Below, piece after piece: positions 29,001 to 39,090 of a stretch of 64,000 bases of DNA. The notes under the pieces are model-generated. The model saw only the letters and a program-made list of their open reading frames with translations, had not been told where the DNA came from and did not search any database. The translations under genes and the position numbers were made by a program. Numbering within the stretch: the stretch's first letter is position 1; every line of letters begins with the position of its first letter. This DNA is from Antedon mediterranea (lineage: Eukaryota; Animalia; Echinodermata): contig NC_092676.1 in assembly GCF_964355755.1 (NCBI RefSeq), forward strand, positions 29,468,871 to 29,532,870, written 5' to 3'.

Positions 29001-32000
29001 CTAGTAATCAGTGCAAAGTTATGTCTTGATCTAACCGGGTTCCCATTTATACACCTGGGTGGAGAAAGGCAAAAGTAAGTAAGTATCAAGCAAAGCGGCA
29101 AGAGTGGGATTCGAACCTCGATCAGTAGTCGAATGTCCAACAAATGCCCTTAAATGCGTAAATGCTATTAAGCTACATTCACGATTGTATATGATTTTCC
29201 ACACTTGCGCAGTCTTAGTGTAACTGTACCTTTACGCTTTAATTATAAAATGACTACTAGGTACATAGTAGTACCCCAATCTAGTATTACAGTTTATACA
29301 GAAAATCTATTCTTTATTCCATTGTCATTGATTTAATTAAAACTGTTTACAAAAATGAATACAGTATTATCATCGGTAAACCAGGTTATTAGTCAACTAT
29401 TGGAACAAATGAATTAGAAAGAATTGTTATTGAATTAATTAGAATTGAAAAGATTAATTAACTTGAGATAGGACTTAACTTGATTTGTGAAGTGTTATAT
29501 TTTTTATTATTATTGTAGATTTAGCGTGAAAGCAACATCAATCAATGGTGACTCTGAAGATTCAAACATTGTCGTCTTTCAAATGAACACAATCCCGGCA
29601 ACCGATAAAACACCACCTGAAGAGAAAGACGAAGATGATGATTCTGATTCTCAGAAAGAAAATCCAAAGAATGAAAACAGTTCGAATGAACAAAATTCCG
29701 GAGATGCAGCTAAGAAGGAAGAGGCGTCTCAGAAAGAGACTTCAGGTGAAGACGTTACAGGTGCTAGCAAACGAATGATAGAATCCACTGCTGATTATGA
29801 AAACTATGAAGATATTGTTGATAGCACTTATACAAGACAAGATAAATCGATTGGAAGTGGTGGTATGATGGATCAAAATGATGGTTTTATAGTCAATGAT
29901 AGTCAGACAAATCAACTTCATTATAAAATCACTGATAGTCAAGAAAATCAACTTCACCAGATTAATTGTGACAGTTTAGAAGTTGCAAATGATTGTCACT
30001 TTGAAAATGATTGTCACTTATCACAGTTTGTTGAGTCTGAAGTGGACAATCTAGAAGGTGAAACTCTTCAGAAGCTAGAAGGTGAAACTCTTCAGAAGCT
30101 AGAAGATGAAACTCTTCAGAAGCTAGAAGGTGAAACTCGTCGGAAGCTAAAAGGTGAAACTCTTCAGAAGCTAGAAGATGAAACTCTTCAGAAGCTAGAA
30201 GGTGAAACTCGTCGGAAGCTAGAAGATGAAACTCTTCAGAAGCTAGAAGGTGAAACTCTTCAGAAGCTAGAAGGTGAAACTCTTCAGAAGCTAGAAGGTG
30301 AAACTCTTCAGAAGCTAGAAGGTGAAACTCTTCAGAAGCTAGAAGGTGAAACTCTTCAGAAGCTAGAAGGTGAAACTCTTCTGAAGCTAGAAGGTGAAAC
30401 TCTTCAGAAGCTAGAAGGTGAAACTCTTCAGAAGCTAGAAGGTGAAACTCTTCTGAAGCTTGAAGGTGAAACTCTTCAGAAGCTAGAAGGTGAAACTCTT
30501 CAGAAGCTAGAAGCCAAGGCACATATTACAAACATGTCTGGAGATGCTAGGTTTGATGAAGAGTGTGAGCTGTTCAGTCATGGAGATAGCTTGTTAGGAA
30601 AGGTGCAACTTGATTTATCACTTTTAGAGGAGGATGAGGATAAACTTGATAAAATAGAACATTTGCAGACACAAAATTCAGTCTCTTTGTTAACTTCTAT
30701 GGTTACACCTTTACCTTCTGTAAACTTGCCAGCCAAGTCTTCAGACAAAGGTGAAGTTTTAGAAGAATTGAACAACAAACATGTGCCAGAAATCATAGAT
30801 GACAAAAGTTTAAATTTAGAAACAACGGATTTGGCAAAAGAAACTGAAATAGAACCAAAAAGGATAGACGATGAAGTTTACTCGGTGAAAACAAAAGAGA
30901 TGACTGATGTAAGATTCGAACCAGAAATTGCAGATGCTAAAACTAATTCAGAAAGAATGGAATTCAATGAAGAGACTAATACTGTCCGAATTAAACAATC
31001 AAGCAAGATGGCCGCCAATTTTGCAGTATTAAATGCGTTTGCATTCCAAGCTTTTGAACAGTCACGAAAGCCATCGGAAAGTGACGAGAAATGTTATAAA
31101 TTGCGGCAACCAAAATCTATGTCTGTTGTAACTGCAGATGTATCAAATGCGATCACAACAAATCCAGCAAAGCAACCAAAAGATCCCATCATTAGCATTG
31201 ATGACAAACCAATTCTGACTGGTTACAGTCCCGAGTCGGATACCGAGATCACTTCAGAAAAAAGACAAACACATGCGTTAGGGCGTCCAAGTAGCATACC
31301 TATATCACGGTCCAGATCAGTGTCACCTAGCAAAAGACACAATCACCAAACAATGCCACAGGTAGGTAGACAATAGAAACACAGATTTTATAATGAAACA
31401 CAATGTTCTATTTAAATTTATTTTACCTCAGTACGTTGTCCCATAATAATCAAATAATAGTGTGTAATTGCATTTACAGTGATTACTTGATATTTTAATT
31501 TTCAAAACATATTAGTTTGTTTAATCTAAAAATGTCTCCCTCTTGTGATCTATTTGGATACACACTACCGCTAATACTAAATAATTATTTAATTAGGAGA
31601 TTAATATAAATATATAGTACATTATTTTATATTTAAAAGTCATGAAAATAGCTTGTTGTTGTAAACAATTGTAAATCTAGTTATAAAAACATCTATTATT
31701 TACAGATTAGATTAAACAGACAAATTCATTTTAATGATACCGTAACTCGTCCAAATAGTGAAATTATCAACATCCAAATAAATTTCACTGACCGTACAAT
31801 ATATAATTATTATTTAAAATGCAATTCAACTATATATTAATGTTAAATTTACTGTACATTACAAGTGAAATTATCGACTGCTTGAATGAAGCATTTGATT
31901 TCAGTAATACATTACAACATTTTTTTTTAAACACAATGTTAAATATAGTGTACGTTAGAAGTAGATAAACGATTGATTCAATACTATCTTTTCCCACTTT

Positions 32001-35000
32001 AGACCATTGCATTAATGGCTTGGTAAGTGGTTTTTGTTTGAAGCTCTGTCCACACTACTAAACTTTATGTGACAAAAATATGTGCCCATATATGGACACG
32101 ATGATGTCATATCACTACCATATTTGGGCACATCACACTTTTGTTGTCAAACTAGTTTGATAGTGTAGACAGAGCTTTACAGATATTGCATGTGATATTC
32201 ATTTTGTATTCTATGCATACTTTGATGTGCGTGTGAGACATTCATCCCTGTTGATTGTTGTTATAAACATATCAAAACACCTTTCATATGAAACTATTCT
32301 GGCCACCTTTCTAGACCCTTTTCTTACACCTTCCTCCCCCTCCCTCACCTTTTCTTACACCTTCCTCCCCCTCCCTCACCTTTTCTTACACCTTCCTCCC
32401 CCCCTCCTCACATTTTCTTACACCTTCCTCCCCCTCCTCACCTTTTCTTACACCTTCCTCCCCCTCCTCACCTTTTCTTACACCTTCCTCTCCCCCTCAT
32501 CACCTTTTCTTACACCTTCCCCCTCCCCCCTCATCACCTTTTCTTACACCTTTCCCCCCCCCTCCTCCTCACCTTTTCTTACACCTTCCTCCCCTCCCCC
32601 CTCCTCACCTTTTCTTACACCTTCCTCCCCCTCCTCACCTTTTCTTACACCTTCCTCCCCTCCCCCCTCCTCACCTTTTCTTACACCTTCCTCCCCCCTC
32701 CTCACCTTTTCTTACACCTTCCTCCCCCCCCCCTCATCACCTTTTCTTACACCTTCCTCCCCCCTCTCCTCACCTTTTCTTACACCTTCCTCTCCCCCCC
32801 CCTCCTCCTCACCTTTTCTTACACCTTCCTCCCCTCCCCCCTCCTCACCTTTTTTTATACCTTCATAACTTGTTTGCTTGCTGTGTATATTTGTGCTTAC
32901 CACATTTCATGATGTGTATACTGTATTTATTTTTCTTATTTAAAAATTAGGAAGACTTTGTTCAGTCTTGCAAATTTATATGTTCCTGTTTTAAACGCAC
33001 ACATGTAGTTTAGTGTGGTAGTGTGACTATCCCAGACAAACTTGTCCAACAGTTGGTTTTACACTTGTGTCACAAACTATGTGAGTTATGCACTGACTAC
33101 AGCTTTGCAGGATTCAACTTTCACTAGCTGCGTTGAAACTGGTTTGTCAACTTCTAAGAAAATAACTACTGCCCTCACTAGACGAAAGTGTCTTGCACAA
33201 GAAACTTTAGAAACAAGTCTAGAACTGCCGCTTCTGCATCTTTCCTCCAAGAACCACTGCCTCTGGTACATACTTGAGCCCTATGAAATTGTATGAACAT
33301 TTTTTTAGCTTATTAAATCATGTGTGTACACAAACAGCAAGCCACTTCAGTGAAGGGAGTTGGTTTGTGGTTGTGTTCAAAAGACGCATTCAAGCACTTG
33401 CCATTGACCCCTGAAATATCTCAATTCTTATAGGAACTTAATTAAATTGAGACAAGGACAATCTTCAAGTTCTCAACTTGTTCTTTGTTCAATGGAGGTA
33501 CATCAGGCACAAGCTGTCATTTGTAACTCGGTTCACACTATGTTGTAAGGGTGTGCTGTGTGTTGGACGTGGGACTACTGATCGTGAGATCAGGGGTTCG
33601 AATCCACACGCATTAATTGTATCCTTGGGCATGAGACTTTATTTATGCTTGCCTCTCTCCACCCAGGTGTATAAATTGGTACCTGGTTAGGTCAAGACAC
33701 ACCTTTGCATTGATTACTATCTGCATTATGGGAGTATCCATACATGTTTGAACCAAAAATGACTTGGGTACATCGCGTTAGGCGCTCTATAAATCCAGAA
33801 TATTATATTATTACTATTTATTATATAAAAGTTTAATTTGGATAAATTGAGTTTACACATACCTGAACAATCTGTACTATTTCATTTTTAACGGTCACTG
33901 CCAGGTTGAGATCTGACCATGACTCAATAACTGGACACACTCTTATAAATCTTTTATCTTCTTCTGATCTCTTTGTTCTGTTTACCAATCTCTCGCTGTC
34001 AAACATCGTCATGTTACTGTGTTCTGTAGCATTATCGCCGTCGTTTGCTGTTTCCAAATTTATTACCAAATTTTCATTTTTGGATTTTTTTGCAGTTTTC
34101 AAATTTTTATTGTATTTGTACTTTAACCATTTCAGATATTTTTGTTGTACTTTTAAAGACTTTGGCGTATTATTAAATTGATTAATTGTTTGATTTTTTT
34201 CAACACTTCGCTCACTTCTTTGATTATTAGCAGAACATCTTGCTCGTACTCTTGTATGTTCTTTTACAGCTTCAATTGATGCCAGGTTTGAAATCGTAGC
34301 TGAAGATCTTGGCTTGCCGTCTCGTGGTCGAGATGTAAAGAAGCCTTGGTATTCGTCTATTATTTTCCTCTCTTCGTCGTTGTCTAATCTAACTACCTCT
34401 GTATTTATTTTTGCGATTTGAACGCCATTGTCGACTTGTATTTCTATAGTTTCTAGTTTACGAAATGCTTGCGATATTGACAAAGATGTGGATAATCTGA
34501 ATAGTGTGCTCACTAATGCCAATAGAACCAAGCACTGTATTCGTGGGAAATTCATTTTAATGATTAAATTCTGGAATAAAAAACATTTCTTTGGTTAATG
34601 ATAAAAAAAATAAAGCAATAATGTAATGTTTGCAGTAACAGAATGTAAACTTACCTTACGTAATGGATCCTATGACAATGTAAACTTACCTTACGTAATG
34701 GATCCCATGACAGAATGTAAACTTACCTTACGTAATGGATCCTATGACAGAATGTAAACTTACCTTACGTAATGGATCCTATGACAGAATGTAAACTTAC
34801 CTTACGTAATGGATCCTATGACAGAATGTAAACTTACCTTACGTAATGGATCCTATGACAGAATGTAAACTTACCTTACGTAATGGATCCTATGACAGAA
34901 TGTAAACTTACCTTATGTAATGGATCCTATGACAGAATGTAAACTTACCTTACGTAATGGATCCTATGACAGAATGTAAACTTACCTTACGTAATGGATC

Positions 35001-38000
35001 CTATGACAGAATGTAAACTTACCTTACGTAATGGATCCTATGACAGAATGTAAACTTACCTTACGTAATGGATCCTATGACAGAATGTAAACTTACCTTA
35101 CGTAATGGATCCTATGACAGAATGTAAACTTACCTTACGTAATGGATCCTATGACAGAATGTAAACTTACCTTACGTAATGGATCCTATGACAGAATGTA
35201 AACTTACCTTACGTAATGGATCCTATGACAGAATAACGTTTTAAAAACTTAATATCTCTCTTCAAAGAATGTTGAATTTCTTTATATACTGTTGCGACAT
35301 CCCACTCGGGTACCAAACAGACTTGCTCATTTCATTGGTAGGAGCAGTAACAAAATTATGAATAATACATTCTTGACTAAAACATTGCAACTAAATGTAA
35401 ACTATTACAATGTCCCCTGCTAGAAAAATGGAATAACCACTTGAGAAAGTTAAAGTATTAGCACAAGTCGTACTAAATATTCGTGTGCCCAGATGGTTGC
35501 GCGACCACTTGAGCAAAATCAAGGAGATCTCCACATTGCAGACTTCAACATCAATTAGCCTGTTCCGAATTCAACACTTGTTTTATAGTTAAATAATAAG
35601 AACTAATTATTTGTGTGGTTTATTTATAATTACCGGTACTCATTAATTTCTTGTCTGTAAATGTTAATTAAAAGTTGTTTATGTCATCTTGCCTTGCAGG
35701 ATGTAGTTTCCATATTAAGAATTTTAAATCATTTTTGTTTGAGCAACATTCTGCTCACAGCACTCGCTTGCAATTTTAGTTCATATTAGGTAGTCTTTTA
35801 TAAAATATTGGGGCCGTAGCCACCAGTATGCTTAGTAAGGTTTCGACCTGACAACTTTTTCACAAAGGCCTTTGACAACCCAGTGACTCTAACAGAGATT
35901 GAAACTTGAAACTTGTTGTGTGTGGGTATAAATTACATAGGTTAATTTGCCTCTTGTGACTCACAGTCAGTTATGCTTCAAAGCCCAGAATGGTACTAAG
36001 AGATTGTTCCCTTTTCTTGCGAAAATCGGACCACTTTATTTCTCGTGGCTACATCACTGAATAATATCCGTTAAGTTAAGTCAACGACCTACATTTGAAC
36101 AGACCCTGAGTTAGTTTCCTCATAATTTAAAGATTTGAGATGCTAAGTTTCATGCTTCTTTAAGTTTAAGCTTTTTTTTAACATTGTCATAATTGGTTTA
36201 GTTATTTTATTTTATTTTAACTAAACAAGTTATGACAAATTACTGTACACTAATGATTCAAAACAGTTTGTTTTGTCAAACAGTTTTTTTTGTCAAACGG
36301 TTTGTTTTGTCAAACAGTTTGTTTTGTCAAACTTATTAATGGATTCTCTGCTTAATAACCATTAAAGAGCATATTTTTCTATTTTATCTGGTTTCCATCC
36401 AGGTCTACTTTTAACAACGTACAAAGACCATCGTAATATAAAATTACAAACAAGAAAAATATTAATTTTTGTGATATCTTCAATATCTGTGGTTACATTA
36501 TATCCGTGTTGATATTGTATAGATTGTGTTAAGATTACACTAGTGACCAGATGTCAATGGTCTTTGTAAGGTCAGCATGCACTTGACCATCATGCCTTCC
36601 TATCTCCTTACAATAGTCTCTTCACTTCAATACATTGAGTAAACAATCATAAAAATAATTTTTAATTTTGGTAGGTCACGGTCATATAACGACAGCAGAC
36701 GGATAAATTAATAGATTAATAATTAAAATGACTTTTTTGACAATTCGGTAATTTTCAAGGCGTCAAGTGACCGATTACGGATTAAGGAGACAATATTCTG
36801 GACAAATAAATAAATTTTTTATGATTTATAAATTACGAGTATGATTAGTTTTCTTTATGTTAGTTGGATTGATAGATTATGTTTGATATTTTAATATAAT
36901 TGGTTTTTTATTTATTTAGTTGTGTTATCCTGGTACTTTACTAGTTTGTGGTATTATTACCGTGATGATGCATAATTATTTTTAAATTTTGGTAAAATCC
37001 GCAGTCACAATGATTCGCCTAATAGTAACAAGTTTGTTGGAGAGACACGCCCCTTGGCGATTGTTGTCTTTGACGACAGTTCTTGTCTCTCCTCAGTGCT
37101 CCCTTTTTATGTTTATGTGTAACATGTTTGTTGGAGAGACACGCCCCTTGGCGATTGTTGTCTTTGACGACAGTTCTTGTCTCTCCTCAGTTCTCCTTTT
37201 TTATGTTTATGTGTAACATGTCTGTTGGAGAGACACGCCCCTTGGCGATTGTTGTCTTTGACGACAGTTCTTGTCTCTCCTCAGTGCTCCCTTTTTATGT
37301 TTATGTGTAACATGTTTGTTGGAGAGACACGCCCCTTGGCGATTGTTGTCTTTGACGACAGTTCTTGTCTCTCCTCAGTTCTCCCTTTTTATGTTTATGT
37401 GTAACATGTTTGTTGGAGAGACACGCCCCTTGGCGATTGTTGTCTTTGACGACAGTTCTTGTCTCTCCTCAGTTCTCCCTTTTTATGTTTATGTGTAACA
37501 TGTTTGTTGGAGAGACACGCCCCTTGGCGATTGTTGTCTTTGACGACAGTTCTTGTCTCTCCTCAGTTCTCCCTTTTTATGTTTATGTGTAACATGTTTG
37601 TTGGAGAGACACGCCCCTTGGCGATTGTTGTCTTTGACGACAGTTCTTGTCTCTCCTCAGTTCTCCTTTTTTATGTTTGGTTTTACTGAAAGGAATAAAT
37701 ATAAATAAATAAACATATTATACTCATGATTATGGTAAAACACATTATCATTTTTATCATTATAAACTTCATATAACTTGATTGAAAATGTTCATCTTGT
37801 TTGAAGATACGTTATTATAAAATTCTATTTTGGAAAACCAAAATTATAGTAACTGAGCACTGAAACAGTCAGTCAGGTCAGTTACTAATTTTGGTTTGTC
37901 AAAATAGAATTTTATAATAATTCATAGCTGTTTAATGTATTGTCTTTCCTCCTTGGTTTTTCCAACCTGAGGCTACTGACTAAATTACTCATGACAACAT

Positions 38001-38945
38001 TCTGTGTAGACAATGCATCCACATTGATTTATTTCAACTTTTTCTTTCTTTTTGGCCTTTTACTAAAATATTATACAATGCAACATATATAAAATTCTGT
38101 CTACACTATCAAACTTTATGTGACAAAAAAATGTGATGTGCCCATATATTGACATGCTGATGTCATATCACTACCATATTTGGGCATATCACTACCACAT
38201 TTGGATACATCACACTTTTTTAGCAAACTAGTTCGTTTAAATGAAAAAAATAAATATTTTCCAATTAGTAGTGAGATTGGTATTTGTAGTAGACATAGAA
38301 TAGATATATTTTAAACAAGTAAAGGGAATTATGGAAATATGGTATTTCAATAATAAATATTGTTTTTATTTTGTGTAGAATGCATCAAGAAAGAAACAAA
38401 AACTTGTACGCTTGAGATCTCCCAGTCCTGGTAGCAAGATACCAATAGCAACAAGACTTAAAAAGAACCTATCATCAAATAGCCAATCAAGTACAAGTAC
38501 ATTATCAAAGAACCAATCAACTGCTATTACAAATCTCAATAGCCAATCAGGTGCAAGCACATTGTCAAAGAACCAATCATCTGCTGTTTCAAATCTCAAT
38601 AGCCAAGCAGTTACAAGCACATCATCAGAGAACCAATCAGATGCTAATTTAAATCTGAACAGCCAATCAATGTCAAGGATATCATCAGAGAACCAATCAG
38701 ATGCCATATGTTTGAATACTAACCAATCTAACAATACTGAAATCCAGGGTTTACCATACACATTCCAAAATGAAGTAAATACTTTTGAAACTGGACAAAC
38801 TGAAAATGATATGAAGTTTGAAGAAAAGAAAATTGAAAATGAACATTCAAGAAAGTTGCTAACGTCACGTGAGAAGATAAACAAAGCCGAGCAGCTTTTA
38901 AAACAACTGCAACAAGACTTGTTCAAGGCAAAAGTCAAATCATAA
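8046..38945 (+). CDS. CEP97: Centrosomal protein 97 (LRR + IQ + coiled coil), extended with an FN3 domain and low-complexity C-terminus; about 2043 aa
   Basis: Coding exons 8046-8195, 8549-8707, 9701-9802, 18155-18268, 18882-18961, 19414-19497, 21786-21900, 22735-23035, 23225-24041, 24612-24687, 26103-26270, 26581-27921, 28240-28454, 29519-31361, 38379-38945; all GT-AG and phase-consistent. The translation matches CEP97 as I recall it ([56 protein letters not shown] motif [15 protein letters not shown]). Confidence 0.93.
8729..9597. repeat. 21-bp minisatellite (gtacaaaatatccaaataag[t/g]) with higher-order structure
   Basis: About 40 direct copies filling most of the 8708-9700 intron. A variant unit tattcaaaataacaatataatg recurs at about 8778, 8948 and 9307. 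Confidence 0.95.
10285..10365 (+). mobile_element. Degenerate tRNA-derived SINE head
   Basis: A-box-like tagcttgctggtt and B-box-like gggttcaatcc with tRNA spacing; no intact cloverleaf. Confidence 0.4.
10450..10592. repeat. Short tandem duplication (about 73 bp, 2 copies)
   Basis: tacattggtatctttattcacatacaataattgtgatgtatatattcattctgt...catagcaataat occurs twice in a row. Confidence 0.85.
10960..11130 (-). mobile_element. RTE-clade LINE 3' remnant
   Basis: The minus strand reads, with frameshifts, [12 protein letters not shown]...[11 protein letters not shown], matching the GRPxxRWxD...AxDRxxWR C-terminal signature of RTE ORF proteins. Confidence 0.55.
11460..13706. repeat. 51-bp minisatellite, about 44 copies
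   Basis: Unit agatccatgttcacacacactagagttaa[c/t]tctgttctatacaggctaagc. The run of variant units at about 12270-12560 repeats at about 13400-13690. Confidence 0.97.
13833..13943. repeat. 13-bp tandem repeat (gctactgacctta) x about 8
   Basis: Read directly from the sequence. Confidence 0.92.
14647..14839. mobile_element. MITE family B copy
   Basis: Internal motif ggacatgatgatgtcatatcactac and degenerate TIR ...gtgtagacaaagct. Confidence 0.75.
16955..17100. mobile_element. Interspersed MITE-like repeat (second copy at about 35812-36058)
   Basis: gtagccacca...gtaaggtttc.acctgac..ctttttcaca.aggcctttgacaacc...agagattgttcccttttcttg is shared between the two loci; the ends gtagccac / gtggctac are inverted. 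Confidence 0.65.
18962..19413 (+). other. U12-type (minor spliceosome) GT-AG intron of CEP97
   Basis: 5' site GTATCCTTT; branch-like TCCTTAAAC at 19394-19402, 11 nt before the end of the intron; no polypyrimidine tract; splicing restores MTASV-GFDYRPY. Confidence 0.85.
19125..19270. mobile_element. MITE family B (TIR AGCTCTGTCTACACTATCAAA, TTA TSD; PIF/Harbinger-like)
   Basis: tta|agctctgtctacactatcaaa ... tttgatagtgtagacagagct|tta. Other copies at about 20058-20160, 21610-21735, 32042-32176, 38094-38235, 39810-39942 and 56738-56825. Confidence 0.88.
20721..21037. repeat. Near-perfect tandem duplication of about 158 bp
   Basis: tctcttgaaaactggaagctc...aacaaccaatt starts at 20721 and again at 20879. 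Confidence 0.92.
21610..21735. mobile_element. MITE family B copy
   Basis: agctctgtctacactatcaaactttatgtgacaaaa...caaactagtttga. Confidence 0.8.
24820..24963. mobile_element. MITE family A copy
   Basis: ggttcccacta...ctagtgggaaccgagct. Confidence 0.8.
28465..28815 (-). mobile_element. tRNA-derived SINE with Deu/Nin-like core (full length)
   Basis: Minus strand has A box tggcctagcgg, B box ggttcgaggcc, core ctcggataaggactataaaccgtaggtcc...gaaaagagtaggggttaccccgg and an (aaaat)n tail. The 3' end recurs on the + strand at 54812-54918. Confidence 0.75.
28817..29150 (-). mobile_element. CORE-like tRNA-derived SINE
   Basis: B box ggttcgaatcc, ctccacccaggtgtataaatggg core and ggcgctatataaat tail; homologous to 33540-33815. 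Confidence 0.7.
30051..30512 (+). repeat. 24-bp coding VNTR in CEP97 (LEGETLQK x about 19)
   Basis: ctagaaggtgaaactcttcagaag repeated in frame inside exon 29519-31361. Confidence 0.95.
32042..32176. mobile_element. MITE family B copy
   Basis: Both TIRs present. Confidence 0.82.
32316..32865. repeat. C/T-rich degenerate minisatellite (ccttttcttacaccttcctcccc...), G-rich on the minus strand
   Basis: Repeated core ccttttcttacacc separated by variable poly-C runs. Confidence 0.9.
33086..34555 (-). CDS. Secreted neurotrophin/NGF-like (cystine-knot family) preproprotein, about 295 aa, nested in a CEP97 intron
   Basis: Coding exons 34555-33863 and 33280-33086 (phase 0, CAG|GTATGT ... CATAG|). Signal peptide [24 protein letters not shown], long prodomain and furin site RTKR. 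The mature region VCPVIESW...QWFLEERC...[12 protein letters not shown]...VKVESCKAV parallels NGF VCDSVSVW...QYFFETKC...CTTTHTFVKAL...IRIDTACVC. Confidence 0.8.
33540..33815 (+). mobile_element. CORE-like tRNA-derived SINE
   Basis: B box ggggttcgaatcc, tgtatccttgggca...ctctctccacccaggtgtataaattggtacc, tail taggcgctctataaat plus (tta)n. Confidence 0.72.
34639..35234. repeat. 37-bp minisatellite x16; each unit carries a perfect minus-strand splice donor AAG|GTAAGT
   Basis: Unit cagaatgtaaacttaccttacgtaatggatcctatga; I counted 16 occurrences of acttacc. Confidence 0.95.
35280..35288 (-). promoter_or_regulatory. Candidate TATA box of the nested neurotrophin-like gene
   Basis: Minus-strand TATATAAAG about 45 nt upstream of the donor-bearing array. 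Confidence 0.5.
37026..37678. repeat. 94-bp tandem repeat x7
   Basis: Unit aacatgtttgttggagagacacgccccttggcgattgttgtctttgacgacag...tttatgtgt; the ORF track shows the 94-nt periodicity. Confidence 0.96.
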
Positions 38946-38974
38946 AACAAATATGTTTTATACAACAACACCAA

Positions 38975-39090
38975 AATGACATGATGTCATCAAATCACAT
39001 GATGTCATCATCAAATCACATGATGTCATCATCAAATCACATGATGTCATCAAATGGGATGATGTCATCAGATGGCATGATGTCATCAAA
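38975..39090. repeat. Short (atgatgtcatca...) tandem repeats in the CEP97 3' UTR
   Basis: catgatgtcatcaaatca-type units of 18-21 bp, about 5-6 copies. Confidence 0.8.

Noticed and set aside
32227-32868. 213-aa Pro/Ser-rich ORF
   Set aside because: Product of a C/T-rich repeat that cannot easily form stop codons; no splice support.
34639-35234. 37-bp repeat as a CRISPR array
   Set aside because: The repeat length fits, but the units are contiguous with no spacers.
36989-37689. Series of 75-aa ORFs
   Set aside because: Frame-shifted translations of the 94-bp tandem repeat.
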